In this document: piece by piece, positions 51,073 through 64,000 of the stretch
Layout of the letters: each line of letters begins with the position of its first letter
How positions within the stretch are numbered: the stretch's first letter is position 1
Source of the DNA: Octopus vulgaris
Taxonomy: Eukaryota
Length of the DNA stretch: 64,000 nucleotides
Assembly (NCBI GenBank): GCA_951406725.2
Contig: OX597814.1
Location: 35,154,001-35,218,000, forward strand
Reading direction: 5' to 3'
The notes under the pieces: model-generated
The model's input: only the letters and a program-made list of their open reading frames with translations
The model's database searches: none
What the model was told of the DNA's origin: nothing
Position numbers and translations under genes: made by a program

Positions 51073-53067
51073 AAAATGCTTATATTATCATCTTGCACTC
51101 CATACGATTCATCACTACTTATTGGATTGTGAAGTAGAATCCTCCTCTATGCGGAGCCATCACATATCTAACTATGATTACCAAACCTTGTTTTGCCACC
51201 ATATTTTGAAGCATGTATTTCTTCGAACAGAGCTGATTTTAGAGGTACACCTTAACAACAACCGCAACTGTAAGTACACGATATCTGTTTCCTGACCGAC
51301 ATTCTCTATTTTATATTCAAACCTTGCACTACCTCAATTAAAACTTTCAATGTCGATAGTATATTTTAAACTCCACAAACAATCCTAGTGAAAGCACATT
51401 AATAGCTTTAGCAAATTAACACAAAAATAGTTTTGTTTTGTGTCTTGAAGACTAGTCTTTCGATTCAGATCCATAACATACGATATCGAACAAACGTTAT
51501 GTAGGACCCACAGTGGAATAATGACCCTAAATCTGGGTCTTTGTCACTGCCAAAAACATATAACTATCATAGAGTGCATGCAAAAAAAAATCCACCCAGT
51601 TCGATTTATTCACAAACCCCATCAGCATCTAACCCACAGACGTGTTACCTTTTTTTTTCACAATTTGTTTTCCTACAGTCTTTCAACAATTATTGATTTT
51701 TGTACTAATCTATTTGCATACCACCTCTTCCGAAGTTTACTCCAAATGTCCGTTTCTGCTCTTAATGTATCCTATACTGTGATCTATGACAGTCAAGAGT
51801 ATCCTCACTTTGTAATCTAATTACATACTCCAACGTATCGATTTGACCTCTGTCCCAAGGGTATCGCGATGGTTGTGGATATAATGTCTTTATCTCGGTT
51901 AAATTGCAGAAAGGAAAATTTCAATAAAATGTAGATTAAAAAAAAAACATGTTCATCTGATCTTTCAAAAATTTACTACATAATTGTGGTTCATCTACTC
52001 GTTATTTTAATGGGGTCTCTTTCCGTTGGAAGGATGTTCTTGTTATAGACAGCTGAACTGACACAATGTGTCACTAGAACACTCTATTGATGTGTCTGTT
52101 GCAAGCACGTTTGCATAAAGGGTTTCTTGGCGTAAACAAATACCTTCATGCTTGTGCAAGTAGTAAAATGTAATAAAATATTACTACTAAAGATAGAAAA
52201 AGTAAGTGTAAATTAGGAGATACATGTAAATGTATACACGCGGATAATTCCTGGTAATAGCTTTCTGAAAAGGTACCACATAATATTTTGCAATGTTTTA
52301 TTTCTCTTTTAAATAGGCAGCTAATATATTTTCTCTTTTGTTCATCATTTAAGGCCTCAGCTGAAATGCAATTCGGCACTTGAATATAGCTGCTAATTCC
52401 TATATAATGTTTTCATAATATTCTTGATGTAAGTTATACTTGAAGTTCACTGTAGAAGGAAAGGACGCAGATACGTAGATGCCAGCGGAGGCGTTTCCTT
52501 TGGTATGTATAAGGGTTGAAAGTCAACATTCTTCCACCTTATAGTCATGTTATAGAATATAGCACGATATGGAAAATTTAACAGGTTACTTAAGAAAGAA
52601 GAGAAAAAATATCTGGGAGTTGTGAATATGCTGTCTCAAATAATAGATAATACGTGTTTTATTAACTGTTGAATGATTCAGTTCTCGCATTTATGAAACA
52701 GAAAAGAGTTGGGTAGGAAAACAATATATGTCATCTTAGTGGATCTCATTTCAAACAATTGACTGCAACGTGCAACTAAAAGATAACAGCTTTTGTTGTT
52801 AAATCCTTACATTCTTAGTGTAGTACACCCCATCTTTGATTCTATAGAAATCTGTCTTTGTTGACTAATAACCCCTTTACATTCGCCGCCATTTGATGAC
52901 ATTTGCTTCCAGTACATCATTCTATATGATATATCACAGTAGACCTGAAAATTTATTTATGCACATCTCTCTCCCTCTCCCTCTCCCTCTTTCTCTCTCT
53001 CCCTTTACCTCTCTCTATCTTTCTATCTATATCCATATCTATCTCTGTACAAATGCGTGTGTATATG

Positions 53068-53345
53068 GGCGCAAGTGTGGATGTCTGATAAGAATTTTAC
53101 TTTTCTACCTCATAGTTCCGGGTTCACTCCCTCTGCAAGTTATATACCTGGGCCGACCAAAATATTATATGTGGATTTAGTAACAGAAACTGAAAGAAAC
53201 TCGTTGCATACACATTTAATACACATATATGTGTGTATCCTTGTGGTCGTTCCTCACTGTCTCTTGTTAACCGATATTGTTTTTTCGTCTTTGTCCCTGT
53301 AACTTAGCGTTTCGGCAAATGAGACGATAACGATTGAAATCTTTT
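53068..53345 (+). mobile_element. Degenerate SINE family C
   Basis: ggcgcaagtgtggatgt..ttccgggttcactccc..gtggatttagtaacagaaactgaaag..gtaacttagcgtttcggcaaa. Confidence 0.7.
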
Positions 53346-53353
53346 AAAAATAA

Positions 53354-54800
53354 CTACTGGGGAGGGCAACTGTCTGATAGTAAAGATACAATCAACTGTG
53401 CCTTTGGAGGATGGAAAACCACATTGATACACAGACACCAAATTTGGAATGGAACTATGAAGGTATTTAAACGTTCTAACGGAATGCGTACAAGTACCTT
53501 TCCAACTACAGACAAAAGTGAAATCTCACGAAAATTACTACACATCTTTTGGCCCCGGTTTATACAAGGAGACTAAAATGGTATCAATCAAGTCTTGAGG
53601 CACTTCTTCAGTTCTGTATTCGATTTTTTCAATGGATGATGATCTATTCAAAAGTGCAGAAAAATGTTCTACCCAGTGCTTATGAATGGAAGCTGTGTCA
53701 GTCAAAAGCAAATGTCCATTTGCTGTTCTCATTGGAATTATTGAAGAAAATTTTGGGCCACATACCGCCTAAATATAAGAGTACAAGCCCTTGGCATCAT
53801 TTCTATCAGTTACTGCTTACACCCCTTTTTCCCTGTCAATCCACCGTTCCTGTTTAATTTTCCCTAGAGTAGCGTGCACTTTCCCTTTCAGCTTTCTGCA
53901 AGCATCATTTTAGTTGGAGTTGAAGAAATGAGAAGGATATGTATTGCCTAAGTTTTGTTTTACTAAAAGTAGATCATGAATTTTGGGAGATTTGTCTGAA
54001 AACCAGTCGCTGGAATTAGGAAATTTAAATCCCATTGAAGAGCTTACAGCCTGCAATACTTTTGTTTTGAAATCTGTCCATAGATTGTTCGGATCAAGAT
54101 TTATACTTTCTACAGCGTCGTGAAATCTTTGCTTGATAATTTGAAGTTTGTGACATATAACTTTTTGGGTAACTTAGGACCAGACTAGCGACTTTTAAGT
54201 ATTATCCAAAAATTCATTTTTCCACGCACTAGATGATGGTCAGACCAGCTCTCTATTCGTCACATGACCCCTACACTAGGAACATCTTTCATATCACACT
54301 TTCTGATAAAAATATAATCTATAAGATGCCAGTCATTAGATTATGGGTGCATCTAAGTGGTTTTATATTGATTTTTCTGCTTAAACAGAGTGTTAGTAAC
54401 AACCGGATTATTCTCAGTACAAAACGTCAGAAGAGCTATTCCATTTGTATTACATTCTCCAATCCCATGTCAGCCTAAAACAAGCCATAAAATGTAGTCA
54501 TTTCCAACTCTTGCCTTGAAATCTCCCAACATGACTTGCTTGTCAGAAATTGGTACTTTCCTCGATAATTGTGCTAGATCATCATAAAACTATCCTACAG
54601 TTTCATCAGAAAGAGACATTGTAAGTGCATAAATACTGACATCTGTAAGATACCTACCTTTTGTCAATTTTATACAGCATGACATGGTTCGTTCAGATAG
54701 ACCATTTGGAAATTCTGCAATAGAGAATACTAATGAATTCTTGAAAACAAACCCAACTCCAGATTCACAAGCTGACCCTCAGATAGGCCTCTCCAGAAGT
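53354..54800 (-). mobile_element. Degenerate RTE (BovB-like) LINE, APE to start of RT
   Basis: ESGVGFVF, VSIYALTM, FYDDL, VMLGDFKARVG, WVEHFSALLNR, CSNFREISLLSVVGKVLVRI. Confidence 0.8.
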
Positions 54801-54999
54801 TGCTTAAAGTATTTACATAAAATATCGAACGAAGGGGAATATTTTTAATCTGACCATACTGAAATTAAAAACAGGTTTTTACTTCTTCAATCATTAGAGA
54901 ACTCTTATTCGGTGACGAATACGATCTAGTCAGTCACTCTGAAAAGGGCCTGTTATCTCTTGTATTGTATCTGCATTTGACTCAGCTTGTGATGATTTT

Positions 55000-55275
55000 G
55001 GATTGACCGTCAACTGGAAAAAAAAGCAGTTGTAATGTTTCAACCTGCACGTGGTTCTGTTTGCAATCCTCACTAAAATTTTCGCTAAAGGTAAGCTGCT
55101 TGAGGTTATCGACTCTTTCATCTATCTTGGAAGCTCAGTAAAAATGATGGAAATCTGGATACAGAAATACATCTGCGAATTCAATGGGCAGCCCAAGCAT
55201 TTGGTGGTTTGGAGTCACATCTTTGGCGTCAACGTCATATATATAACAACACAAAACTGGCTCTTTACAAATTGC
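55000..55275 (+). mobile_element. RTE RT thumb fragment
   Basis: LEVIDSFIYLGSSV..LDTEIHLRIQWAAQAFGGL..HLW..TKLALYK. Confidence 0.78.
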
Positions 55276-55451
55276 TTGTCTTACAATATAACTTGTCTTG
55301 CTTTCCATTTTTTCTCTCGTTATTTGCGTATATAACTCATTTGTTTTCATATTTCCTGTTGTTTACTGTTGGTGACGTCCTGTATCCATAATGCTTATAT
55401 ATGCATATATATATTATATATATAATGATTGATACGGTAGATGGAGTGTAA

Positions 55452-55491
<40 letters not shown>

Positions 55492-55504
55492 CTATATACA
55501 CACA

Positions 55505-55559
<55 letters not shown>

Positions 55560-55752
55560 TTATATGTCTATATATACGCATACATTTATTCATTATTTCG
55601 TCAATGTATGCTATTTTAGTTTTAAATCCATCTAACATCCCAATGCTCTCTCTTGCTTACACAGTCATGTCTGCGCTTAGCTTATACTCCTTTTGTTTTA
55701 GAATACTGCATTCACTTAAAATGTTGTTGTTTTTGTTGTTGCTATCACTACA

Positions 55753-55819
<67 letters not shown>

Positions 55820-56337
55820 TCATTATTATTATTGCATAATGAAAAATCTCAGCCGTATTTTGTTGGGTATGATGGAAAGTGTCAACTGTCCACTGTCCAA
55901 GCTGACACTTGTTTATTAGTCATACTTCAAGAACCCTGAGGAAGACTCTTACAATTCCAAGCCATGATGATTTTTGTAGGTGCTCCAAACTTTTTAGGTA
56001 CTGATACTCCCGTTTGAGCCAATCACTATTGATATCACGTCCACTTTCTTCATTGCTCACAACCCGCGTAATTTTCACTTCAATTTATTATAGTTGTTCA
56101 CTTTTCCTTCTTTCTGTTTAATCCTATTGTCATAAGGACATGTTATGTGAATTATCAGGCATGATTTTTATTTTCTTTTCTGTTCATTACAGCTATTTTC
56201 TAAGCATAAACTGATGGTTACAGTGAATCTTTGCATCCCACGGGATTTTGCAATCCTCATTCTCAATAACTTCTGTCTTTGATCTTTCTTGGCCATAATT
56301 TCCACAAATCCTACCGGCGACGTCAATTACACTTTTT

Positions 56338-56496
56338 AGGCGCAGGGGTGGTTGTGTGGTAAGTAGCCTGCTTACCTACCACATGCTTCCGGATTCATTC
56401 CCACTGCGTGACACCTTGGGCAAGTGTCTTCTTGCCCATGGTACTGACCAAAGCCTTGTGAGTGGATTTGATAGACGGAAACTGAAATAAACTGTC

Positions 56497-56556
<60 letters not shown>

Positions 56557-56772
56557 GTGTGTGCATATGTTTGTATGTCTGTATTTGTCCCCAGCATCGC
56601 TTGAAAACCGATTGTGGTGTGTTTACATCCCCGTAACTTAGCGATTCGGCAAAAGAGGGCGATAGAATAAGTACTAGGTTTCCAAAGAATAAGTCCTGGG
56701 GTCGATTTGCTTGACTAAAGGCGGTGCTCCAGCATGGCCACAGTCAAATGACTGAAACAAGTAAAAGAGTAA
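56338..56772 (+). mobile_element. Full-length SINE family C with internal (TA)n
   Basis: Colinear with the reverse complement of 42691-43147. Confidence 0.9.
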
Positions 56773-58632
56773 AGCTCTGAATACTCCAATGGATTATACT
56801 TACCACATCGTTATGCTGCCTATTGAATTCACGTTGTGTCAATCTTTTGCATTCACTATCGATGCGCCATACTGTTTCAACCCACCCGCCGATATCCTGC
56901 ATTTGTTGCTCGTAGTTGTCTTATGAATTCTGCATTTCACATAGCTTGTGCTCAGTGTTTGTGTTTTTTTTTTTGTTGTGCATGTACGTGCTTCTGTTTC
57001 TATCTTCTAGTCACTTCCCTGCATCCATAACCACTGACCTGTATCTGTCTTTGGGGATTTTAAGTTGCATGGGTCCGAATCAAACTGCTTTAAGTAATAG
57101 TGCAACTCCAACTAAATGTGTTGTGTGCCTCTTTCTTTCGTATATATGTGTGTGTACCAATCTTAGCAATGCCAGTATCAAGAAATATGTAAATGTGTCG
57201 ACTGTAAACAAGTCATCTTAAATTGCTATCCCTTTATAAACAATAGCTCATATTGCAGAGGCCTTAAAACACCTTGGAAGGAAATGCCGGAAAACTACTT
57301 GAGAGAAGCTTGCCAAGCATCTACTGTAAACCAGACATTCGTAATATCGTTACAACACAGTAGGCTTCCGAGTTTCGTCCATCCAAGTGGTATATATTAA
57401 TGATATATATTAAAGCGGGAAAGCTATTTAGTTTGGACAAGTATTTCTGTTTGTTTAGGAAGAAATCATCTAAATATTACTATTGCTTTTTTTTCTTTTC
57501 AGTTATCATAGAGACGACTCAAGGTTTCTCATTACTCTACGTATGCTATAATATTTCCCACTGGTTATATACTCGATGGATGACACTATTTTGCAGCTTG
57601 AGACATTGGCATGTATTAATAAATAATAAATTATTTGATAGTATTGCGCATCTAAATATCGTTACTTTAAATCAGGATTGCACAAAGATAGAAATCATAC
57701 GTGATACACCAGACTTTACTTCTCTTGCGTCAGACATTTAATTACGCTTTATGCAATTAACCGGACTTAGCTATGGAAACAAGCACCACTCGTTCTTCAA
57801 GAACGAATGGGTAACTGTAGAATAGGCATTCATATGTAAAGATAATTCTTCCAACAAATACAGAGTGCCGTCCATACATGTATTTAAATGTTTAGTTTTA
57901 AAAAGTTATATATTTAAAAAATGTGCTGGTACAGACACATGACAACAGTCAACAGACGACTGTAAGTTGTCCGCTAGGCTAGGCTCTTCTCGACTGTAGG
58001 GTAATGAACTGCTTTCACTTTATATAGGGGTGAATGTACATTGGATAGGTTTGTGCTTGTGTCTTTGAAGAGTAACCTAATGATGTAGGAATTGTATTAA
58101 AATGTTATGAAGGAGTCTTATATAGGTAGATATATAATTGAAATTACTAAAATGTTAAACTTGATGCAGTCCAAACGAAAAGATTCAACTGTTATTTTTA
58201 GAGGAAACTTAAATTTTCAGGATGAAATATTTTCGTCTACGTTTGTGTTAGCTGTTTTGTAAGTCTTGTACTTATTCTATTGGTCTATCTTACCGAATCG
58301 CTAAGTTACGGGATGTAACAGACCAACACAGTTTGTCAGGATGTGGGAGCACAAACACACACACAAGCATACATACACACACATACACACACATACACAC
58401 ACATACACACACATATACACACATATATTGAGCAAAAAAAGAAAACTAATGTTACGTACAAGGTGTAACTTACCCTTTGCTATGTAAACAGTTTGGCTAG
58501 CCAGATTCCTGCATGAAAAACTGCTGAGGTGTTTTTCTGGATTTTACATAAATCTTCAATTACTCTCAGTTATCATACGTGCATATAAATACATACATAC
58601 ATACACATACATATATACATACGTACATGCAT

Positions 58633-58644
<12 letters not shown>

Positions 58645-58707
<63 letters not shown>

Positions 58708-58711
58708 TATA

Positions 58712-58771
<60 letters not shown>
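58645..58771. repeat. (TA)n microsatellite
   Basis: Directly visible. Confidence 0.97.
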
Positions 58772-58776
<5 letters not shown>

Positions 58777-59170
58777 TAAAAGTAGCACACGAGTTGTTTT
58801 GTATAGGGAAAATAAGATAAAATAAGATAGAAAATGCTAAAGTTATTTTATCGTGAAATATATTTCATAACGTTTAGAACCGGTTTCAGCCTTTAGAATT
58901 TTTTTCAACTAAGGGTAAAACAAAGGTGGATATGAATTAAGAAGAAAAACAATAAAATTGAAGAAAAACATCAACTGAAATGTTTTGTAAATATTTCCAT
59001 AGTCTTCAGATAGGTAGGATAGTTTCCATTTTTCTGTCTTTATCTTTTACTTTGTGAAGGATTGGTAGGTAGTAGCAGATCTGACAAAAATAGTCTTTAT
59101 GAATGCTATCTCTCTGCCCCCACAAAGACTATTTTTTCAACTCTGCAACTACCTACCGATCCCTCACAAA

Positions 59171-59244
<74 letters not shown>

Positions 59245-59365
59245 AAATCTACCTATTTGAAGATTATGGAAATATTTACAAAACATTTCATTTAATTCTT
59301 TCTTCAATTTGATTGATTTTCTTCTTAATTAATACCCACTCTTAGCTGAAAAAGTCGAAAAGACT
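58772..59365 (-). mobile_element. PLE pseudo-LTR-derived element arranged as a long inverted repeat
   Basis: Minus tail aaaataactttagcattttctatctt matches the pLTR tail at 18785-18810; arms 58890-59100 and 59120-59365 are reverse complements. Confidence 0.7.
58874..58913 (-). ncRNA. Diverged U3-A8 hammerhead motif
   Basis: Minus strand: cttag-UUGAAAA-aaattctaaaggct-GAAA-ccgg-UU-ctaa; helix I ttag/ctaa, helix II decayed. Confidence 0.6.
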
Positions 59366-59944
59366 CTGAACGCTTTCCAACGTTTGTTTTTGAAAGTAGT
59401 GGTTTTCTAATTGAAGCCCTCCCGTGAAATCCGGTTTTGTGCAGCTCTCGGCGAACAGTTTTTGTGGAAACCGGGTTCTAGAGGTGGTCATTAAGCTCTG
59501 CAGTAATTTTCGGAGCTGTACTTTTGTGGTCCTTTCTAACAATTCACGTAAGAGTCTGACGGTCTCTATCTGAAAGTTTTGGTTTTCTTCTGGTGTTTTG
59601 TTTCGACGAGGAGGTGTTTTCCTCTTTCTCAAAGGCTGTCGTTACTTTCGAGACAATACTTGATACATCAAACATTTCGGTTGTTTTCGTTACGCTAGCG
59701 CCTGCCACACGAGCGCCAACAATTTGACCTCTTAGAAAGTCCGATAGATCTGTCAGTTTAATGATCTTTAATCATCCTTTTCTGATGATATCTGAAAAGA
59801 AACAGCAATTTTAGCAAAACATATTAAACAGCACTAATAATAAATCAAATAACATAAAAATAAGCAAGCTTTTGACAGTTTTATAGATGTTTCAAAATAC
59901 GATGCTATGATGCTAGGTGTTTCCATTATTTTGTCCAGACCCTG
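59363..59944 (-). mobile_element. Tc1 transposon 5' fragment (left TIR and N-terminal DNA-binding region)
   Basis: TA|cagggtctggacaaaataatggaaacacc; TDLSDFLRGQIVGARVAGAS, RKPKLSDRDR, VSTKTVRRELH..GFHGR...RKPLL. Confidence 0.88.
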
Positions 59945-61830
59945 TATATATATACACTTATGGCTATATATATGCATATATTTATGCATATGTTTGTATG
60001 TATATATGTCAATGCGTTAACTGCTCATGCATAAAACACAAGGTGCATCTAAATTCGTTGAATCGTGACATCTATTATTAATAATATAAAAAAAAACAAA
60101 TTAGAAATTATTTGTAGGTGTGACTAGTAGCTATATGAAACATAAACGGAATGAATGAATCGCGAATATACCCTCATTAAAAAAACTTATTGTGTATTTG
60201 TGATACTATAGCTAGATTTTTTTCGTTTTGAGTGGCTAGTACTTCTCCGGTTTTGAGTGGCTAGTACTTCTCCAGGTTCCTTGTAATAAATAACAGTTTG
60301 TTACGAAACTCGTAATGTGAGTAACCGGTAAATGTGTGGGAGAAACAAGAAAGAAAGAGGGAGAGATAGAGAGGGTGCAAGTGTATGTGTGTCAGAGAGA
60401 TGAAATTAATTTATAGTAAGTGTTTTCTGAGTATCTACAAACTTTAAATGGCAATTTTTAGTTCTAGTTTCATTGTGGATAGACTAGTGGATAGACATTT
60501 CCTCTGTAATATTCGTAAGGTGATTAATATGCTAATAAATTAACATACTACAATTAGACACAAGAATATGATCTGAATACCTGAACAATTAGCCAGTCGG
60601 TTGCATTCTGTTGTTAATTATAATTACGGCAGGACTGATAGGATGAAACTGCTTTTAATTAAAATTATGAATGCGAGTGAGTAATAAGAGATTAATAGTT
60701 ATAGAGAAGTGAGAATGTGTAAAAGATTTCCATGCGTTAATTTTCGCATGCAGAAATGTAACTATAATGATGTCATATGCAAATTTGTGAAATCCAATAC
60801 ATATTCATATATTTTTATATCGCCCCACCCCACAAAATATGTTTGAACGTTCCCCTTTTCTTTGACATTGGGATGCCCTACCTAAGTTTCTTATGATCCT
60901 TGACTTTAATATTCATGGGTATTTTCCTTCTTTCACAAACTTCACTCTGATCTCAAGTTGTTTTTTGGTCGAATATACATTGTTTATTTCCTATTCCTTG
61001 TTTATCATATATTATTTTATCACATAGTTTTATTGTTTATCTCTTTAAATATTTATTTCGCTTATTTGTTTCATGTTTCATATATTTCATACAATTTCAT
61101 ATACTTTTCATATATTTCATATCCTTACTTGTTTATCGTATACTTTTCATAATATATTATTTCATAATTTTTTCCTCCTACACTTTTTCTCTATTCATAC
61201 ATTTGTTTGCATTCATCAGTCTAAACATATATATTTTTTTCACTTCAGTAGTTTTCGGGAAGAATGAAAGAGTAGAAAAAGGAAAACAGTAATAAGAATT
61301 GTGAAAAAAAAAAGAATAAAGATGAAATTGGAAAAACAAACAACAAATGAAAACTAATAAACCGAAAAGTAAAAAGATGAGAAAAAAATAATTATGTGAA
61401 TATAATAATGTTCATGATAAGTATAATTTTTTAAACTAGAAAAATAATTTTATTACAAAAATATGTTTATATACATATATATTTATACGTATTACTATCA
61501 GGATCATTATTATTGTTGTTGTTGTTGTTGTTGTTATTATTATTATTATCATTATTATTATTATTATTATTATTATTACTTTGTTGAACTTATTGTTTTT
61601 CCATAGAATTTGAAATTTTATAAACAACCTAAGAAGATCAGCAAACGCATGCTTATTTTTTACGTTGTAGCCAAAAGATATGTGAAAGTAACAAAAAAAA
61701 AAAGTAAAAGTAAGAACATTATTTATATCCTTTGATTTTATGTTTTTACAGGTATAAAATAATTTTTTTATATTGTCGTATGATAGAAAGCATATAATGA
61801 AATGCTTATATCCCTCAACAAACACACAAC

Positions 61831-61935
<105 letters not shown>

Positions 61936-64000
61936 TTGTATGTATGTATATATATATAAGCAAAATTCGTTTTGGTGATAAACTTAGTTTTCGTTTCACC
62001 TTTCCCATTTCTCGTTGTGACACTTTTCTCTTAAACTTTAGTGAGATAATCTGTATCATATTTGCAAGCATCTCTCGTAGAAGCTATTACACAATAGCAA
62101 AAATGGTTATAATTGTTATTGTTGTAATTTCCATTTTTTTTTTGGTGCGTTTTGTTTATTGTTTTGCATCACACACCAAGTCAATGCTACATTGCTAGGC
62201 AGAGCATGACGGAGTGACAAGCATGAATTTGCGTCATGCAGGTGTAAGATGATTATCTACATGGAATACGTAGTTGACATACTTGCATACACAACCTAGC
62301 AAACGAGATTTTACGTGATCCTTCACCCTACAAGCGAGAAAGAGAGAAGGAGAGAGGGGGAGAGAAATACACAGACAGAGAGAGAAAGAGAGTCTTGATG
62401 ATATTAGCAATTCTAAGAGCTATGTGATGCGTTGTTTAAAGGTGTTTAAATGGCTGTTGTACTGAATAGTCAGAGGAGCTATATTCATAAGAATGTATAC
62501 GTAGTGGGGGATGGTATTGAAAGTTTGTGAGAAAAAAAAGCTTAGCAAGTGTTTACAAAGTAGATGGAGAAGAAGAAACAACATATGAATGTTTTTTTCA
62601 GCTGAAATACCGCTAAAAGAGACCTCTTGGTTAAGGAAACTTTACGTGTTGGTATAGTGTAGCAACGGAGCAGAAGTTTATTACATGTAACAAGCATTTC
62701 AGCATTTGATTCCCTGATGACAAACTTGCAGAATTGCAGGGAAGGTAAAAGCGATTCTGTTGGTGATAAGTGAATATTTCCATAGGAATTGTAAGCAGAT
62801 CATAAATTTTACGAGGGACAGCAAATGCGCATATTGAAATTAACCATTATGATCTGTCAAGGACAGTCATGGATGTTTAATATGCAAACTCTTATACTCC
62901 TTATATTTCATGTTCCTGTTAAATCAAGTGAGCAGAGTCTGGCTACAGGAGGAGCTTTGACACTGAATAATTCTATAACTTTCAATGTATAACTGATGAG
63001 TATTTCTAACATGGTTACAATGATCATTGTTTTTCATCATTCCTACTATGCCTTCTTCCATTCGTATCAGTATAAAAACTTGCATAAAATGTATCAATAT
63101 ATCTTCACTCTGAAAATAATAACGAGAAATAGGATAAACAAAGCAGATATGAAAAACAATGCAGGAAAGATTATTTGTATTAACATAGCAGCTGATGACT
63201 ATCTGTTAATAAAAGTCTCTTATATAAGTTATTTTTGTTCTAAACACATGGAAATAGCAATCAATGTACTGTTTTTTGTAATGTTATCTTTTATCAGCAT
63301 AAACAAAGATTAATCTCGGATTAGTTTACTTTTGGGCATAGGCATGTTAAAATGTAAATTAATCTATAAAAATCAATGAAGATGCAGAAACAAAGCATTA
63401 AAGACGTTGGGTGTCTCGTTACTATTCAAGACTGTGATTTGAAGAGGTGCTCTCTAAAATTAATCCCTAAAATAATACCATCTTTACTGACCATTTCGAG
63501 AAATCATAACATCTTATCTTGGTAATACTGACAGAGATATTGACAATGAGTTTACTACGCAAATAGTTGTTATAAATCAGTAAAGTTTCAGAAACAAATA
63601 AAGATAAACAAGGAGAATCTAGAATTAATAAAAGCATGCTATAACTAGCTCGAAAGTGTTCTGAATAAAGACAGATGTCAGTTTTGATTTGCGCATAACG
63701 TTTGTTTCTGATAGAAGCCAAAATGCACCTACATTTTCGTGGTGACATCAACAGAGAAGAAGTGAGATTTTTAGATCCTGCGTCAAACTGAAATAGCCAA
63801 AGTTACAGTGAAAATAAAAGCTGTAATATTTAAGTGATAAATATGAAAAAAGAAACTCTCAACATGGAAGAAACAAGATAGTGAAGTTAAATTACGATGA
63901 ATCGGGATTCTAAGAATATACCTGCTTCTATAAGTAAACACCTATTACTGATATCAACGTTGCACCATTCTTCAGAGAACTAAGAAAAAATATGAGCAAA

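Noticed and set aside
60226-60273. 25-bp tandem duplication ttttgagtggctagtacttctcc
   Set aside because: Ordinary local slippage duplication
62200-62760. Possible promoter or first exon (inverted TGACG half-sites, GA tract, aag|gtaaaa donor-like site)
   Set aside because: Motifs too short to support without transcript data

Overview
AT-rich, microsatellite-dense eukaryotic non-coding DNA. The SINE families resemble those of octopods, so this is probably an intergenic or intronic Octopus region; the species is inferred from recognition only. No host exon, tRNA, rRNA or CRISPR array is supported, and most listed ORFs are translations of simple repeats. The window holds many decayed transposons: a full-length maT/DD37D element, mariner and Tc1 relics, a mariner MITE, a near-complete Neptune-type Penelope-like element (PLE) plus other PLE fragments, Tx1/L1, R4/Dong, RTE and CR1 LINE fragments, and at least four tRNA-derived SINE families. 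Three signals stand out. (i) Minimal hammerhead ribozyme motifs at PLE 3' ends, several with a compensatory U3-A8 core (UUGAAAA) and a palindromic helix III, one inside a ~480 bp inverted repeat. (ii) An abundant SINE whose 3' tail matches the 3' end of the neighbouring Tx1 LINE and which forms head-to-tail multimers. (iii) Apparent partitioning of retroelements by microsatellite: PLEs in (TA)n, Dong in (TAA)n.
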